Below are positions 15,103 through 28,632 of a stretch of 64,000 nt of DNA, piece by piece. Source of the DNA: Trichoplax adhaerens (Eukaryota > Animalia > Placozoa). Within the stretch, counting starts at the first letter, position 1. Each line of letters opens with the position of its first letter. Under the pieces are notes generated by a model that did not search any database, had not been told where the DNA came from, and worked only from the letters and a program-made list of their open reading frames with translations. The position numbers and the translations under genes are program-made. The stretch lies in assembly GCF_000150275.1 (NCBI RefSeq), contig NW_002060945.1, forward strand, positions 135,872 to 199,871. The letters are read 5' to 3'.

Positions 15103-16196
15103 ATGGAAGTGCCAACAAGAGTCGTTGCATTGCGATTTTATAGGTCTTTGCTTCGTAGTGGAGCTAAATTACGTTATACGGATAGAGATTTCTATCGAAG
15201 ATTAATTCGAACAGAATTCGAAAAAAATCGAAACCTTACTAATCCTAAAGATATCAAATTTCAAATAAAAGTATGCCATTACCAATAGTTCGGCTTACTA
15301 ATGTCCAGTATCTTTGCAATTTTATTTCAACACGTTGACAACCTGTGCAATAGCATTATTACCACTGTATAGTTTACGCGTATGCTATTTCAGTTCGTGT
15401 TGTATGATAGGACAAGGCCCCTATGTGAATCAATCAATTCGACCTGAAATAGTGTACTTATGCTATACTTTATTAATATTCAGTGGTTCCACCAAGTCCT
15501 AACGTAGGTATAATAATAGATAAGTTGCAAAATTTTACTAAACCTTATACAGAATACCCTATAGGATCACGCTAGGATACATGTCTAAAGGGTTGTTATA
15601 ATATAATGCATCACTTCGCTATGTCAATTTACTATTGCCTTTCGAACGCTACATCTTTCCATTATGAAATGGATCCTGTGAGCGAATAGTAAGCATATTT
15701 TCAAAAGGAATGGTCGTCCGGTTTACAAAGCTTTAAAACTCATAGTATGGAAGTGAAATTAAATACGATATTTTCTCTTGAATTCCTATTTGAGATTGCA
15801 AACATACCAAATTATTACCCACTTAAACAGTCAAAATTTGTGATTCTTATGAAGTTAATTACGTAATTATCTAAACTGTTCACTTAAACTGTATTAACTC
15901 TAGGAGCAAATGCCCTTTAGGGTACTGTAAGCATAATGCACAGCACAACAAAAGTATTATAAAGATATTGTACTGTATGGTTAATTTTATTAACGTTGTC
16001 CTGATATTAAAACCCTTGCGACCATAAGTAAATACTATTGGTTCTACCTCAATGCAATAATATCTTTCACTATTGTAAATCTTAATATTAAAGCAACTTT
16101 TCTACAGCGCTTTACCTCATAAACTAACTTTTCGAATATTTATTATCCCAGAAAGCAAAGTTCCTATGTAATAGAAACTTGAATGGCCTGATATAG
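15103..16196 (+). CDS. 70-aa LYR-motif microprotein, homologue of human L0R8F8/AltMiD51 (MIEF1 uORF protein; mitoribosome LSU assembly factor); exons 15103-15270 and 16152-16196
   Basis: Spliced product MEVPTRVVALRFYRSLLRSGAKLRYTDRDFYRRLIRTEFEKNRNLTNPKDIKFQIK|KAKFLCNRNLNGLI*. It shares the LRYTDRDFY block and the length of the human protein as I recall it. Phase-0 GT-AG intron. Confidence 0.9.
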
Positions 16197-18190
16197 AGAT
16201 TTTACTAGTTGATAATTCAAGCAGGTAATGATTAACTAAATCTTTATTTCTAAAGTTTCATAGCTTGAACTCATTAAACGCTAAACTTAACTTAGGCAGA
16301 GTAATATTTGTAATCTGAATTAGTACGGTATATATAGATTAAGTTTTTAATGGCATATGAATCACCTACTTAACTACTTATGTTTTCATAGATTTATGCA
16401 TTAAAACATTACACCTAAAAGATGAAACCGAACATTAATGGCAAGATATCAATACATAGTTAAATTTACCAATGGTGTATTTACTGGCGGAGTTCTTATG
16501 GTTTTCCTGTATTGACACATGCCTAGGACAGTAACTAAACCGACAATAAAATCTATCACAGGTCGCCAATACTATACTTGCGATAGAATAACATAAAATA
16601 AGTTATAACTATATACTGCATATACAGTGCAAATTCCTGGATTAGTAATTATAATTTCATTACTGTTATATACTTATTATTGACATGCATTGCAATTGCT
16701 TTATAATCAAATTATTTTGTATGAAATGATAAAAGGCATATAAGACTAGAACGATATACTCGTACGTATGTGGTGTATACGAGTATACCTGACCAATGTC
16801 ATCGTAGTGTGCTAGGCTTGTATTATAGTAATATAGTTTGTATACATGTCCATCATTATTGGTTGCCATGATCTATGCAATGCTAGAATCGGGCAGAAGT
16901 ACTTTACAATGCATTACATTATATTAATATACGCGTATGTTATAAATATATCTGTAAGTATGTAAGCGTTGCACAGAATACTGCCCTCCACATCAATAAG
17001 AATAGCGCTTTTGATATGGATCTCACATTGACACTCAGTGAATATAACAATTATAAGAAATCGTAAAATTGAAACTAAGTCACTAAAATTAATACCAAGT
17101 AGTATCTCAATACAATCTTGCTGTAGAACAGTTCTTGGAATCTGCAACAAACTACAGTATTTATATTGCAGTCTTATAGCAAATGCCTTTTATAAGACAT
17201 AATTATGCGATGCAAAATAAATAATCTCATTTTATACCTCGCTTAAAGGAATCAATCAATTCTTGCACTCTAAATGATAACGACAGTATCTACCCTAACC
17301 CTAACATTGTGCACTACCTGAAAACTATTATAATTCAACTAAACTGCATGTGAGTTTCATCTAATACCTAGAATTAGCTGTTCTGCAATAGCTAGAACGA
17401 TCGATCGATCTGATGGTTGTAACTTTAGGCAGTCATCACTGATTTGAAACTCGCTCTGTGTAAGATATCCGAACTATTGTAATAACAGCCAAAAACCGAA
17501 CCTCTGACACTCCTACCAAAGACTACAAATAAAGTAAGGGGAATTTCATAGCACAACTATGAAAACACTTTATAAAGTACTTGATGGTTCACCTTTTAAA
17601 AGTGAGATTTTATCTATTATGCTGATTATGTCCTTCCTACTGTAAAACGTTTACTGTATGCAAATAGAATAGGAGCAGGTTTCTAGCGCCGATTTTAGTA
17701 ACATCGCCAATAGTCTTACACTATTTGTGTACGTTACTCAATGAGTTTAGGCTTAGTACTTTTCTCTATCAGTTGTACTGTACAACAGTAATTCAATAAA
17801 AACACTACCTTTTCGTAGAGTTGGAATTTATATATAAAATTTTATAAACTTCTTAATATGCTTATTAGCACCGAGTAATATTTGCTGAAGCAAAATACTG
17901 CGGCATTTTTCATGTATTTGAATAAACCATCTACCTACGCTAATTGCAAATATGACAATAGCAAGCCATAAAAAATTGCAAAAGTGTACTGGAGCTTTGA
18001 CCAGTATCTATACTCCAGTTACGTCATAATGGCACGTATTATAATCATCTAATATAGCACAAATATGTAATACCTCAGACAGTTAAAAATGTAGCTTATG
18101 AAGTGGTAATGGAATAGAAATATAAATAACGAGATAATGATAAAGTTAAGCATTGCACTGCATCATAAGTAATCTTCCGGAATGACAACA

Positions 18191-20204
18191 TTAGTCTGTT
18201 TTCCATGCATAGTCAAGAAATTGCATAATTTTCTCATATAATGTAAAGACAATAGCAACATCCAGGCAAACACGTCCAAGGCGAGGAGTTGTACCTTTAT
18301 AGAATCTATCGAAATTGCGGATACAAACGGTTAGTTAGTACAGCAACTTAATCATCCTCATGTTATCACTATAGATGAGAAAGAGTAACTTACGCGAAGA
18401 AACCTTCATTTCTTGCAATCTTTTGGACACAGTCGACAAATCCCTTATATTTGTGAGCATCGAGACCCTGAATTTTAAAAAGAAGACGTAAGAATTTGTA
18501 TTATAAATAGTGGTTTAGCACAATACGTATATAGTACCTGCATTCTAGTTTTTACGACATCAAGCGGGGTATTTCCAAAGACACTAGCAGCACCAGCGAT
18601 AAATCCACTAGTAAACGTTTGCCAAATCTTAGCTTTTTCTTTGGAATCTCCCTGTAAGTACGACTTGATCCGGTTATAAACGAAAAAGCGTATCATTTGG
18701 TTGGAACCCTGCTTCAATATTGTCGCAGTTAAGCCTTGATATGTTCCTCGAAATCCTGTGTTTATCAATTAAAAGTATATAATTAATGACTCAAGACTTA
18801 TGAAACTGTTTAAATATATGAGATATGAACTACGATTGAAGTTTATAATATAAATTTTTGACGCGAGTGTCATTTTAAGCAAGACATATTATGGTGATAA
18901 TAGGCATTAGGTACATGTAGGTAATCAAGGGTTTACCTTCCTCTCTTACAATAGTTCTAACACCATGAAAGAACCCTTTATACTTTGGATTTGGTTGAGT
19001 TTGATCGTGAATAAACTTAACTTTTACAGTCTCCATAGGACAAACAATTAATATTGCTTCACCAACACCTGCACCTAAACCACATAACAGCGTTCTACCG
19101 CCACTTAGATTACCCTTTTCATCGACTAGGCGATTTCTCAAAAATTCATACACGGAAAACCTGTATGGAAAATGAGGTACTATAAACGTACATATACAAG
19201 TAGTACCGATTATAGAATCGGTAAGCAGAAATAAACCTTAACAATGCTACTTTCAATTATCATGCACTCCTCATTTACCTCACAGATGCCTTGGGTATAG
19301 AACCATATAATAAAGAGCTTAATCCTCGATATAAGCCTAGGAAACCATGATTCTTGACAGTTACTTTAACACAATCTATAGGTCCTTTATACTGCGGTTT
19401 CGCTGAACGCTCATCTAATTGTAACTGTGTCTTGACGTATTCTGTAGGAAATGTTATACATATCTCCAGACCACCAGCAATTCCACCTGCATATTAATAA
19501 TACAGAATATACATCGATTAGAAACTTTGCAATTCCGTACCACGCACATAACCATAGCACCATGATTCAATTTTTCTTGATTGCATATCGTATCACATCT
19601 GTAGCCAATACTAGCCAACGTCACTACTAAGTACACTAAACGGAGGAATTAACTAGTTTATCCAATGGAATGTACAGTGTAATATTGTACTGGATTATCG
19701 TTTCAATTCGGTAGTTTATCCTAATGCCCGTAGGTAATTTTCGAATCGATCGGAGTAGAGACCCCGAGAATCTGATATACTCTCTAGATCGGAGGCGTAA
19801 CGTAATCTTGTAAGGTGTACAGTACAGTACATGTACACTATCCGGCACTGAAGGTACATACAGTACATTACAGTACTGCACAGTACAACGTTTAACTATG
19901 AAAAGTAAATTCACGCCAACAAGTATCAAGCTAATCATAACATTTCAATAACATCATCATGGCGCATTCACCATTACACGGAAGAATTATAGGATCATCA
20001 ATATGATAGCATCATTGGAAATGGACAAGTTGACTAACCTGCCAAGATTGCTTTTACAGGATGCTTTTTCTTGCCTCCAGCGGGAGCAGCCGCTGCTACT
20101 ATATTGCGGCCTAAAAATGGATGAATCTTGTTCTTTGGTGGATTATTAATCAAGTTTTTTTCATTTATTCCAGGTGTGGAAGCCTTGGTCATTAACAGCT
20201 CCAT
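18191..20204 (-). CDS. SLC25A1: Mitochondrial tricarboxylate (citrate) carrier, 6 coding exons
   Basis: HPVKAILAG|[85 protein letters not shown], ending WKTD*. Three PxE/DxxK carrier signatures. Confidence 0.97.
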
Positions 20205-20718
20205 ATTACACTACAACCTTGCCGTAATATGTAATGTTCTATTAAAAAAAATTGAAAAGCCTGGCGTTAAACCAAACTAAACCGAAGAGGTTAATAAATG
20301 ATTAAGCGCCGAGGCCAAAGGTTTCATAGAAAACTTTGAAATCCCCAAATTCGGTCTTTAATACCCGTGCTGCTATCAGAGCCTACGGTGGCTGCTTCTA
20401 CAGTACAGTACAGACAATTACAATACAATCTGTACGCTCCTTCCTGGCAACTCCCACGTTGATGAACCAAAGCAAACCACGCTGCCCTTTATTACAGTAC
20501 TCGGTGTCACTGGCATGGTCGCTCTCTTTTACTACCCGACGGTTATACAGTGTACTGTACTGTAGTACTGTAAGAGCCAGTCATACCACATTACAGTACA
20601 GTACATCACTGGATTGACGTGTACACTGTGTAGTTAAGGTCACAGGCAGCTACGCCTGCTCAGTGTTCACAGTTTGGTTTCAAGTCCTGCGCAGACAGAG
20701 CCAGAGGTAACATGTAGC

Positions 20719-20826
20719 TTAACCCCGAGTAACCCCGAGTTACAGTACAGTACTGCAGCGCTTTAGAATTTTGCTTAACCACCATACTGTAGACGAATTG
20801 GATTAACCCCAAGTAACCCCGAGTTA
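20719..20826. repeat. Duplicated TTAACCCC(G/A)AGTAACCCCGAGTTA motif
   Basis: Two copies (20719-20742 and 20803-20826), each a dimer of a 10-bp AACCCCGAGT unit, in the SLC25A1/GRN intergenic region. Confidence 0.8.
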
Positions 20827-21129
20827 GAGTACTGTAGAGTACTATAGAATACATAAAAGAAAGAAACCACAGTAGAAAATTAAATTAATTAGATTAAAAT
20901 TGTCGTGGATCAAAGATATAATCCATCAACACTAAAAATAGCTTCAATTTAGCGCTAACTCTGAATGAAATACTATACTATAAATATTGTATAGGGTTAC
21001 GCTTGATGATTTTCTTTTATTTTCTACCTATTGAATCTGACCATCGAGGTAGAAAGACTTTATTTTTCACCTTTAATATTATTACCAGTTCAATCTGGTT
21101 CAATGAACTTATTGTGTACAATTGCAAAT

Positions 21130-21740
21130 TACTGTACTGTACAGTATAATTAATTAATTAATTACAGTGTACACTGCGTTACAAATTGGCTTACCAGGAA
21201 GAGTTGGTGTGCATGTTTTAGGGTTAACCATGGACGTACGTACGGTACAGTAGTTACTCATAAACAGTATTATACTGTACGAGTATGTTAATATGTTCTA
21301 CTGCTTCTTATATTTTCCAATTGTCAATAAAACAGATAGACTTGTCGCAATTGGTTTAAAAAAGCTTACAATGCAAAACAATGTCCATTGTAGAGTATAA
21401 TAGCATTTAGCATTTACTGTACTGTATTCTTTCAGTACACTACAGCACAGTACACAATCAGAATCAGAATCTCTGATCACATGATGCAATAGAAAGCTTC
21501 TCCTTCTCCTGCTCCCGTGACGCGAATAAAAAGCGAAAAATTGCATGATAGTCACGAGTCTCATTATTTAGCTCATCAGACACAGTACAGTAACTGTACC
21601 CGTACTGTGCTGTACAGTACTGTACTGTACTGTACAGTGCTCTTCTAGGTACTGTAAAAGTGTACTGTACACTACTGTAGGGAACTGCACGGTCTGTACT
21701 GTACAGTACAGTACTCACTCTACAGTACAGTACTTCAATA
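21130..21740. repeat. Degenerate (CAGTA)n/(TACTG)n array upstream of progranulin
   Basis: Runs such as gtacagtactgtactgtactgtacagtg in both orientations, densest at 21580-21735. Confidence 0.85.
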
Positions 21741-23414
21741 CGGTGCGTTGATTGCATGATATTTAAATACGGTTAAACAAATAACGCCGAGAAGTCTTTT
21801 ATGTCTATAGTGTCTGAAGAATTTATCATTTTGGATTAAGTTAAAGCAAGTATTTCTTGTCGAGCCAACTTAGCTGAAAGAAAGCTTGAAGCCTAGAAAA
21901 ATTTGTAAGTTTAAAAAAATTAGACAGCTATAATATTATAATCCATCAATGCTTTAGGAGAGTGAAAGTTTTATCATTGTACTGTGCTCAGTGCTAACGC
22001 TCAAATATTAGCAATCTTGATATCTTTTTTTGTAAAGTTTTTGCAAAGCATCAGTGCAGTGCTGTCAGGGTTGAGTGCAATGATATTGAAAATGTCTGTT
22101 AATTCCTGGATAGAAAGAGAAATGGGATCATAGCTAGGTCTAGGACTATCGAATTACGAATATTGTTGCTCATAAGCTAGCAATTAGGAAATGAAAATAG
22201 TCGTCATTATGAACCGTTTGATGTGAGCATCGAAGCAGAGCTGCTTCGATATTTTCCTTTTACTGTATACAAAAAGCAAAATGAATTGAGTAGTCATCGA
22301 ATATACCAACTTTAGCAATAATCATAGCCTGTTCTAACATACTGTACTGACGTTAGAAGTAATAAATTAACTTGTAACTACACCAACTGCTGATTGGAGA
22401 TGGAGCACTCGATCGCATTCATCACCTTTCCGATCAAACCTTGTCAGTAAGTCATAAAGACATGATCCTTCGATGAACTAGTACTGTACAGTGTACAGTA
22501 CACAACAGCAAGGAAACATACTCAAAACAGACTCTACACACTGGTGTACTACTGTACAGTATTGTACTTTCTATCAGCATTTACGGTACTGTAACACGTA
22601 GAGTTTTTTCTTAACTCTATGACTGCACTGTACACTCAGTACAGTATGATGTCATCTTAACTGTACGGTGTGTGAATCACGCGAAGCGACTGAATCGAAC
22701 CAAACGTTCTTAGTACGCTACGTTACCATAGAGCCGAGCTTCTGACAAGAATGTGATGCTAGTAAATTAATTAATAGGATATAGAAAGATTTGACCGTAC
22801 AGTATATGGAATCTTTTGACGATACTAATACTTGCAAACTACTGGAATAGTGAAGCAATTGATTACCTTAAAAAGTAAAATAAAATGAAACTAAACTTAC
22901 TTACTTGTCTTCACCATGTGTAAAATCAGCACAGTACCATTGACTGAATATCAATATCTATAACGAGAATCCTAGTACAGCCATTTAGCGTTAGCGTACG
23001 GCCTTTGTCATAATTTACAAGTATGTACGTATTGTACTTGGTATGATTTATGATCACTAAAATTAAACCTAACCGTATCGATTTAAACATTAAAGCGGCA
23101 ATCTTCTACAATACATTTCTTAATATACGTATTGAGTAGTGATTGATTGTACCGGCACTGTTGGTTGCACAGTTTCATAAGAATACTTAAATTGATCGAT
23201 GAAATTAAATTAATAATTCATTACATGTTATTATAATCAATATTACTACGGAGAACAGTTCACTTTTTGCCTATTAGATGACAATGCTTCTACTCTGATC
23301 ATTGTATTTCACTCTGCTAAACTATGAATCTGAATCCCATGCAGTATGTGTGTAATACTATAATAGTTCGCAGATTTAAAAGTGTTTTCCTTACTCTTTC
23401 CTTTTATCAGGATA

Positions 23415-24932
23415 ATGAAGACCATTTTAATAACATTAGCCGCTGTCTTAGTGGTTGTTAATGCTGCCGTTTGTCCAGGTGGGCAATCTGAATGTCCAGC
23501 TGGTACTACCTGCTGCAACCTAGGTAGTGGTCAGTATGGATGCTGTCCATTCCCTAACGCTACATGTTGCGCGGATCACGAACACTGCTGCCCTGGTGGA
23601 TACACATGCAATACTGGTGCTGGCACTTGCCAAGTAGGTACTACAGTAATTACTATGCGAAAGAAAATTCCAGCTACACCTGCTCCTGCCAAGAATGGAG
23701 TATGTCCTGATGGTCAGTCTGAATGCCCGACTGGAACAACCTGTTGTATATCAGCCTCTGGTGCTTACGGTTGCTGCCCATTCCCTAATGCAAGTTGCTG
23801 CTCAGATAAAGAACACTGCTGCCCAAGTGGTTATACATGTGATGTTTCAGCTGGTACATGTACAATGGGTCCCTTGCAATTACCTATGTATGCTAGATTT
23901 GATGCTAAAAAAAATAACAAAAAGGTAAAGGTTAGCCAACCAGCTAGTAATGGAGTTTGCCCAGATGGTACTTCGGAATGCCCAGTAGGTACTACATGCT
24001 GCAAGTCAGCTTCTGGTTCGTATGGTTGTTGCCCATACCCCAATGCTACTTGCTGCTCCGATATGGAACACTGCTGTCCTAGTGGCTTTACTTGTGATGT
24101 TAGCGGTGGTACCTGCCAAATGGGTACTGTAAAATTGCCTATGTTCGCTAAATTATCACCAAAAAAGGTCAAAGCTCCAGCAGCTAACGGTGTTTGCCCC
24201 GACGGTATCTCTGAATGCCCTAGCGGTACCACTTGCTGTAAATTAGTATCAGGATCATATGGATGCTGTCCTTATCCCAACGCTGTTTGCTGTTCCGATC
24301 ATGAGCATTGTTGTCCTAGTGGATACACATGCAATGTTGGTGCTGGTACGTGCCGAGCAGGTAACATCGAAGTGCCCATGTTTGCCAAATTTTCCGTCAA
24401 GAAAGTAAAAACTCCAGCATCTAATGGTGTCTGTGCTGATGGCCAATCAGAATGCCCTGCAGGCACAACATGTTGCAAATTAGCTTCCGGCAGTTACGGC
24501 TGTTGCCCATATCCAAATGCTACCTGTTGCTCCGATAACGAACATTGCTGCCCTGGCGGATATACATGTAATGTTGGTGCTGGAACTTGCTCCATGGGTA
24601 CTATCAAGCTACCAATGCTAACTAAAATTCCAGTTATGAAGCGTGCCCCAAGCCCAAAGAATGGAATGTGCCCTGGTGGTCAGTCCGAGTGTCCATCAGG
24701 AACTACATGCTGCAAACTAGGATCCGGCTCTTATGGTTGCTGCCCTTTCCCTAATGCAACTTGCTGCTCCGATATGGAACATTGTTGTCCATCAGGATTC
24801 ACTTGCAATACCGGTGCTGGTACGTGCTCGTTGGGCAAGATAGAACTACCAATGTTTGCCCGAATCTCTGCCAAGAAAGTCGAGAAGTCTAAAAAACCCA
24901 AGAAAAACTTCTTCAACATGTTTATTTTGTAA
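23415..24932 (+). CDS. GRN: Progranulin with signal peptide and six complete granulin modules, one coding exon (505 aa)
   Basis: Signal peptide MKTILITLAAVLVVVNA, then six 12-Cys modules of the form C-x6-C-x5-CC-x8-CC-x6-CC-x5-CC-x5-C-x6-C. A splice acceptor (ttttatcag) lies 4 nt before the ATG at 23415. Confidence 0.97.
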   Translation: MKTILITLAAVLVVVNAAVCPGGQSECPAGTTCCNLGSGQYGCCPFPNATCCADHEHCCPGGYTCNTGAGTCQVGTTVITMRKKIPATPAPAKNGVCPDGQSECPTGTTCCISASGAYGCCPFPNASCCSDKEHCCPSGYTCDVSAGTCTMGPLQLPMYARFDAKKNNKKVKVSQPASNGVCPDGTSECPVGTTCCKSASGSYGCCPYPNATCCSDMEHCCPSGFTCDVSGGTCQMGTVKLPMFAKLSPKKVKAPAANGVCPDGISECPSGTTCCKLVSGSYGCCPYPNAVCCSDHEHCCPSGYTCNVGAGTCRAGNIEVPMFAKFSVKKVKTPASNGVCADGQSECPAGTTCCKLASGSYGCCPYPNATCCSDNEHCCPGGYTCNVGAGTCSMGTIKLPMLTKIPVMKRAPSPKNGMCPGGQSECPSGTTCCKLGSGSYGCCPFPNATCCSDMEHCCPSGFTCNTGAGTCSLGKIELPMFARISAKKVEKSKKPKKNFFNMFIL

Positions 24933-26071
24933 ATTAGATCTTAATTGTGTCATTTGTGAACTACCGGCTATTAGGCTGTAGCAAAGTAAATTCATTCCTT
25001 AAAATCTTGCAAAAGTAGTAGATATTTTGTGATTGTAATGCAAAATTCTATGCTGTAGTACTGGCTATGACTAAAATAAAGCTACCCGTATTTCTTTATT
25101 TATATATTCAGCGAGGCAATGTGTGAACTGTAACATGCAAACTCTAGAAATTTTACTTGCATGTGATGAAAAAAAGTTAATAACTATAATCTGGTGTAGT
25201 CGATAATTACTTACAACAGTAACTCTGAATTAATAGAAACTTAGCTATTCCACACAATGAACGGTGACAATAATTCGCATACATTTAAAAATTCTACTTT
25301 TAGCACTTTAGTGATTTGGTAAAGCAAAGTAGGCTAATGATTACACATACTGTATTATGCATTGTGGATAGGGCTTAAGATGCAACTAAACACGCACACC
25401 TCTAAAATGAAATAAAAGTGATCTAGTAATGTGCTAAAAGTGTAGTTTGAACTTAAAAGGCTATTAGTTTCGTAAGCAAAAATGTCTCCTCGTTTTAATG
25501 CGCTTTTGATATTTAAACCAAATTTGCCTGTAGAATTTCAAGATGCAACTGAAAATATATACCTATAAAATGAAATAAAGTAAAGTAATTCGAATTTGAG
25601 CTATTATCTTTGCAAAGGGAAACCTTCTCAGTTTTTAGTGCGCTTTTGACCTCGACGTCAAATTTGCTTATAATCCTGATAATGTCTTTACCGTAACATC
25701 GCATGAAATGTTTGTGGAAATATAAAAACATACCCATCAAACAAAACGATTAATATTTATGAAAGTTAATATCTTATAACACAAAGAATTTCATCCTAAA
25801 TTAATGATACGCTAGCTGCGCATCAGCAACACTGAGATTTTGGACTCTAGAAATTTTCTATCATTCGTTTAGTACATTAAATCGTTAAAATTACAGCTAT
25901 GTATGTGTATCCTTACGCAGTATGTTTAGCACAAGAAGCAAAGAAAAATTTTTTCGAACAAACAAATTTATTCGAGAATAGATTGGTATCCTATTATACA
26001 ATGTATCGCCGACAGGAAAAATATATATCAGCAGATTATAAACATACAGTCTTGATATATTTTATAATATT

Positions 26072-28632
26072 TTAAATACTGTTACTGCTTTCAATTTTAG
26101 CAACGTCCAGCTTAATTTCCTCTTCTGCTAGGTAGTTGTCATGATCAGATGGTAATGGGGCATTTCGAAATTCTTTCTGGAAGTAGTTTAAGAGTGCTTC
26201 TTGGCATGCCTGCAACAAATAGGAGTACAGTATATCAATATCTAATAAAAGATTGTTGATAGTATTCTCAGGTCATAACATTCTCCGACTAAATGACCAT
26301 AAGGTAGCATTGTATGCATTCTGCGTAGAAACTTACAGCACTTTTGGCTGCTTTGATAGATGGTCCAGCGCCTAAAATTTTTGGTAGTATTAAAACAGAA
26401 TAATTACTAGAGCGGTAGAAAAAAATACTACTGCGGATTGCAGATAGTCCATTTTATAGTATAAAATAAATTATACTATTAGAATCGATAATTGACACAA
26501 GTACCGTACTTGGATAAAAAATTTAACTACAACAATACAGCAGTAACGTTTATGTACGTCTACGATGATTTTTATCTGATATCATATGCTAAACTACATT
26601 GCTTGAATAAAAATATTGGCGCCTAGACAGTAAATGTTGCAAACCTTCTGATAAGAGTTTACTGCCACTAAAAGCACCTACGACATATGTAGGGAAATGT
26701 GTTGCTCGACCACTTTCTCTCAAAAGCCTGGTATAAGATGGTAGGTAATAAATTATGCAGCACAGTGACACGATTGTGTAATGTAATCGAAAAATCATCA
26801 TTTGTTAATACTTTCACACCTTGCCTCCAAAGGCTGCATTCGTTGCATCTTCAGAATCGCTGTAAGCATAAAAATCGGGTGTTCAATTTTGATTATATCG
26901 CTGAATTCTCTTCCATACTGTTGGACTAAAATAAAATCTTGCACAAAAGAGCGGGCTTCAATGGGACCCTTTATAAAGAATGTATTAATTAACGAAAGAA
27001 TTTTCAAAAGCTACATATGCTTTCGGTTATACAATATACACTAACCAGATCCATATAAATAGCTCCAACAATAGCACAGAACACGTCAGATATGATTCGA
27101 GTTTTGACAGGGTTATATAAAAGGATCTGTAATAGTCAATCCAAGAAATTACTAAGAAATAGGCTAACATTTACTACTTATTTATGAATACAAATTATAA
27201 TATAGACATGGATCGCCGCTGGTATAATGACCTATTAACTAGTATAAAAAAATTTCAGATCCAACAGTTACGATAGACTAACCTTACTGCGAATAAGGTC
27301 TGCGATACCTAAATAATGGGCTATGTTTACCATTCCATCACGATTCATAAAGAAATTGATCATATCACTAAAAGGTAAGGTATCAAGAAATTAGCACGGG
27401 AGAAACATTTTGTCAAGACTGCCAGATAGCAAAAAAAATCAAATCAAATTATAAATCAGAGATTATTTTAGCATCGGATTTCTATGCTTTTAAGTCATTA
27501 AACCGGAATGTTAATGTAATGAGTAGTATCACATCGTACGACATTTCTATTCATTGAAATAGAGGTAATCGTACCTATTACAAATGATAAGATACTTACT
27601 AAATATGTGATGATTTTAAATTGGGATAACGAACGTAAACATATTCCGTTACAAAGTGACGCATAGCATTGTAACCTAAATTGTGAGAGATACATTTAAG
27701 AGTGATATCGTTTATGCGCGATAAACAGCAGTTATGGACTCACAGGTCATTTCAATTGATTCATTAATAGGGATAGATTGCTAACAACAATTACTATGAT
27801 ATATCTGCAATGATATTGCACTCACCTAATATTGTAAGTCTATCATTACTTTGGTAGACGTCTTCTACAGATTTAAAATCTGCAACACCAGTTCCAGTAT
27901 TGTAATCGTTGTCATCCATGTAATTAACATCATCATTTTGATGAAGGAAAGAGTGATGAGTTAATGCCATCCTAAGCCTGTCTTCAGATACATTTTGTTG
28001 GATACGCTTCATGAAAGCGCTCAATTCTGCATCGTAATTCCTAATTAACAATTTAATTCAGCATCAGACTACAGTGGTTATTTACATGGATTTGTAACAG
28101 TAAACTTACAAAATTAATTTTTTGACGTAGCCTACTACCCATCTTATTAGATGCAGAAGAAATGACAGCTACAGTAAGCTACTACAGGTACTTGGTTAAA
28201 TCATTGATGTAACTTGTAAGTATACATTAGGTTAATTCTAATCTTTGCGTATGTTACTCAAGTGATGTGAAACATGTGTCGACAACGCTATTATTTCCGT
28301 TGTTATCCTATCTAAAATCAAGCAATTAAAATTGATAGAATAACTTGCATTTAATTTAGCTAGCTTACCAATTGGCATAAGCAGAACGAGGCTTAAATTT
28401 ATCTAGGTTATCACCAGAAGATTGATCGGAAGAGCTACGTTTTCTTAATCGTTTGTGAATGGGACGACTTGCTAATGACCTACATGGTACTGCTCATAAA
28501 AATCATACACATCGTCAAGGTTAGTAGATAGTGATACTTGTCGTTACAGTCTACAATACAATACAGATACTCAGTCCACACTATAAATAGTCACTTCTTA
28601 ACATCATAACAAACTGATTTTAGTGGCGCCAT
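26072..28632 (-). CDS. MRPL44: Mitochondrial ribosomal protein mL44 (RNase III-like plus dsRBD-like); start codon tentative
   Basis: KPRSAYANW|NYDAELSAFMKRI...ALTHHSF, NDRLTILG, GPIEARSFVQDFI, RLLRESGRATHFPTYVVGAFS, last exon ACQEALLNYFQKE...SI* (stop 26072-26074). Confidence 0.88.

Noticed and set aside
17291-17305. CCCTAACCCTAAC telomere-like sequence
   Set aside because: Only two units, which is expected by chance.
23695-24919. Alternative-frame and antisense ORFs over progranulin
   Set aside because: Shadows of a repetitive, higher-GC coding sequence.
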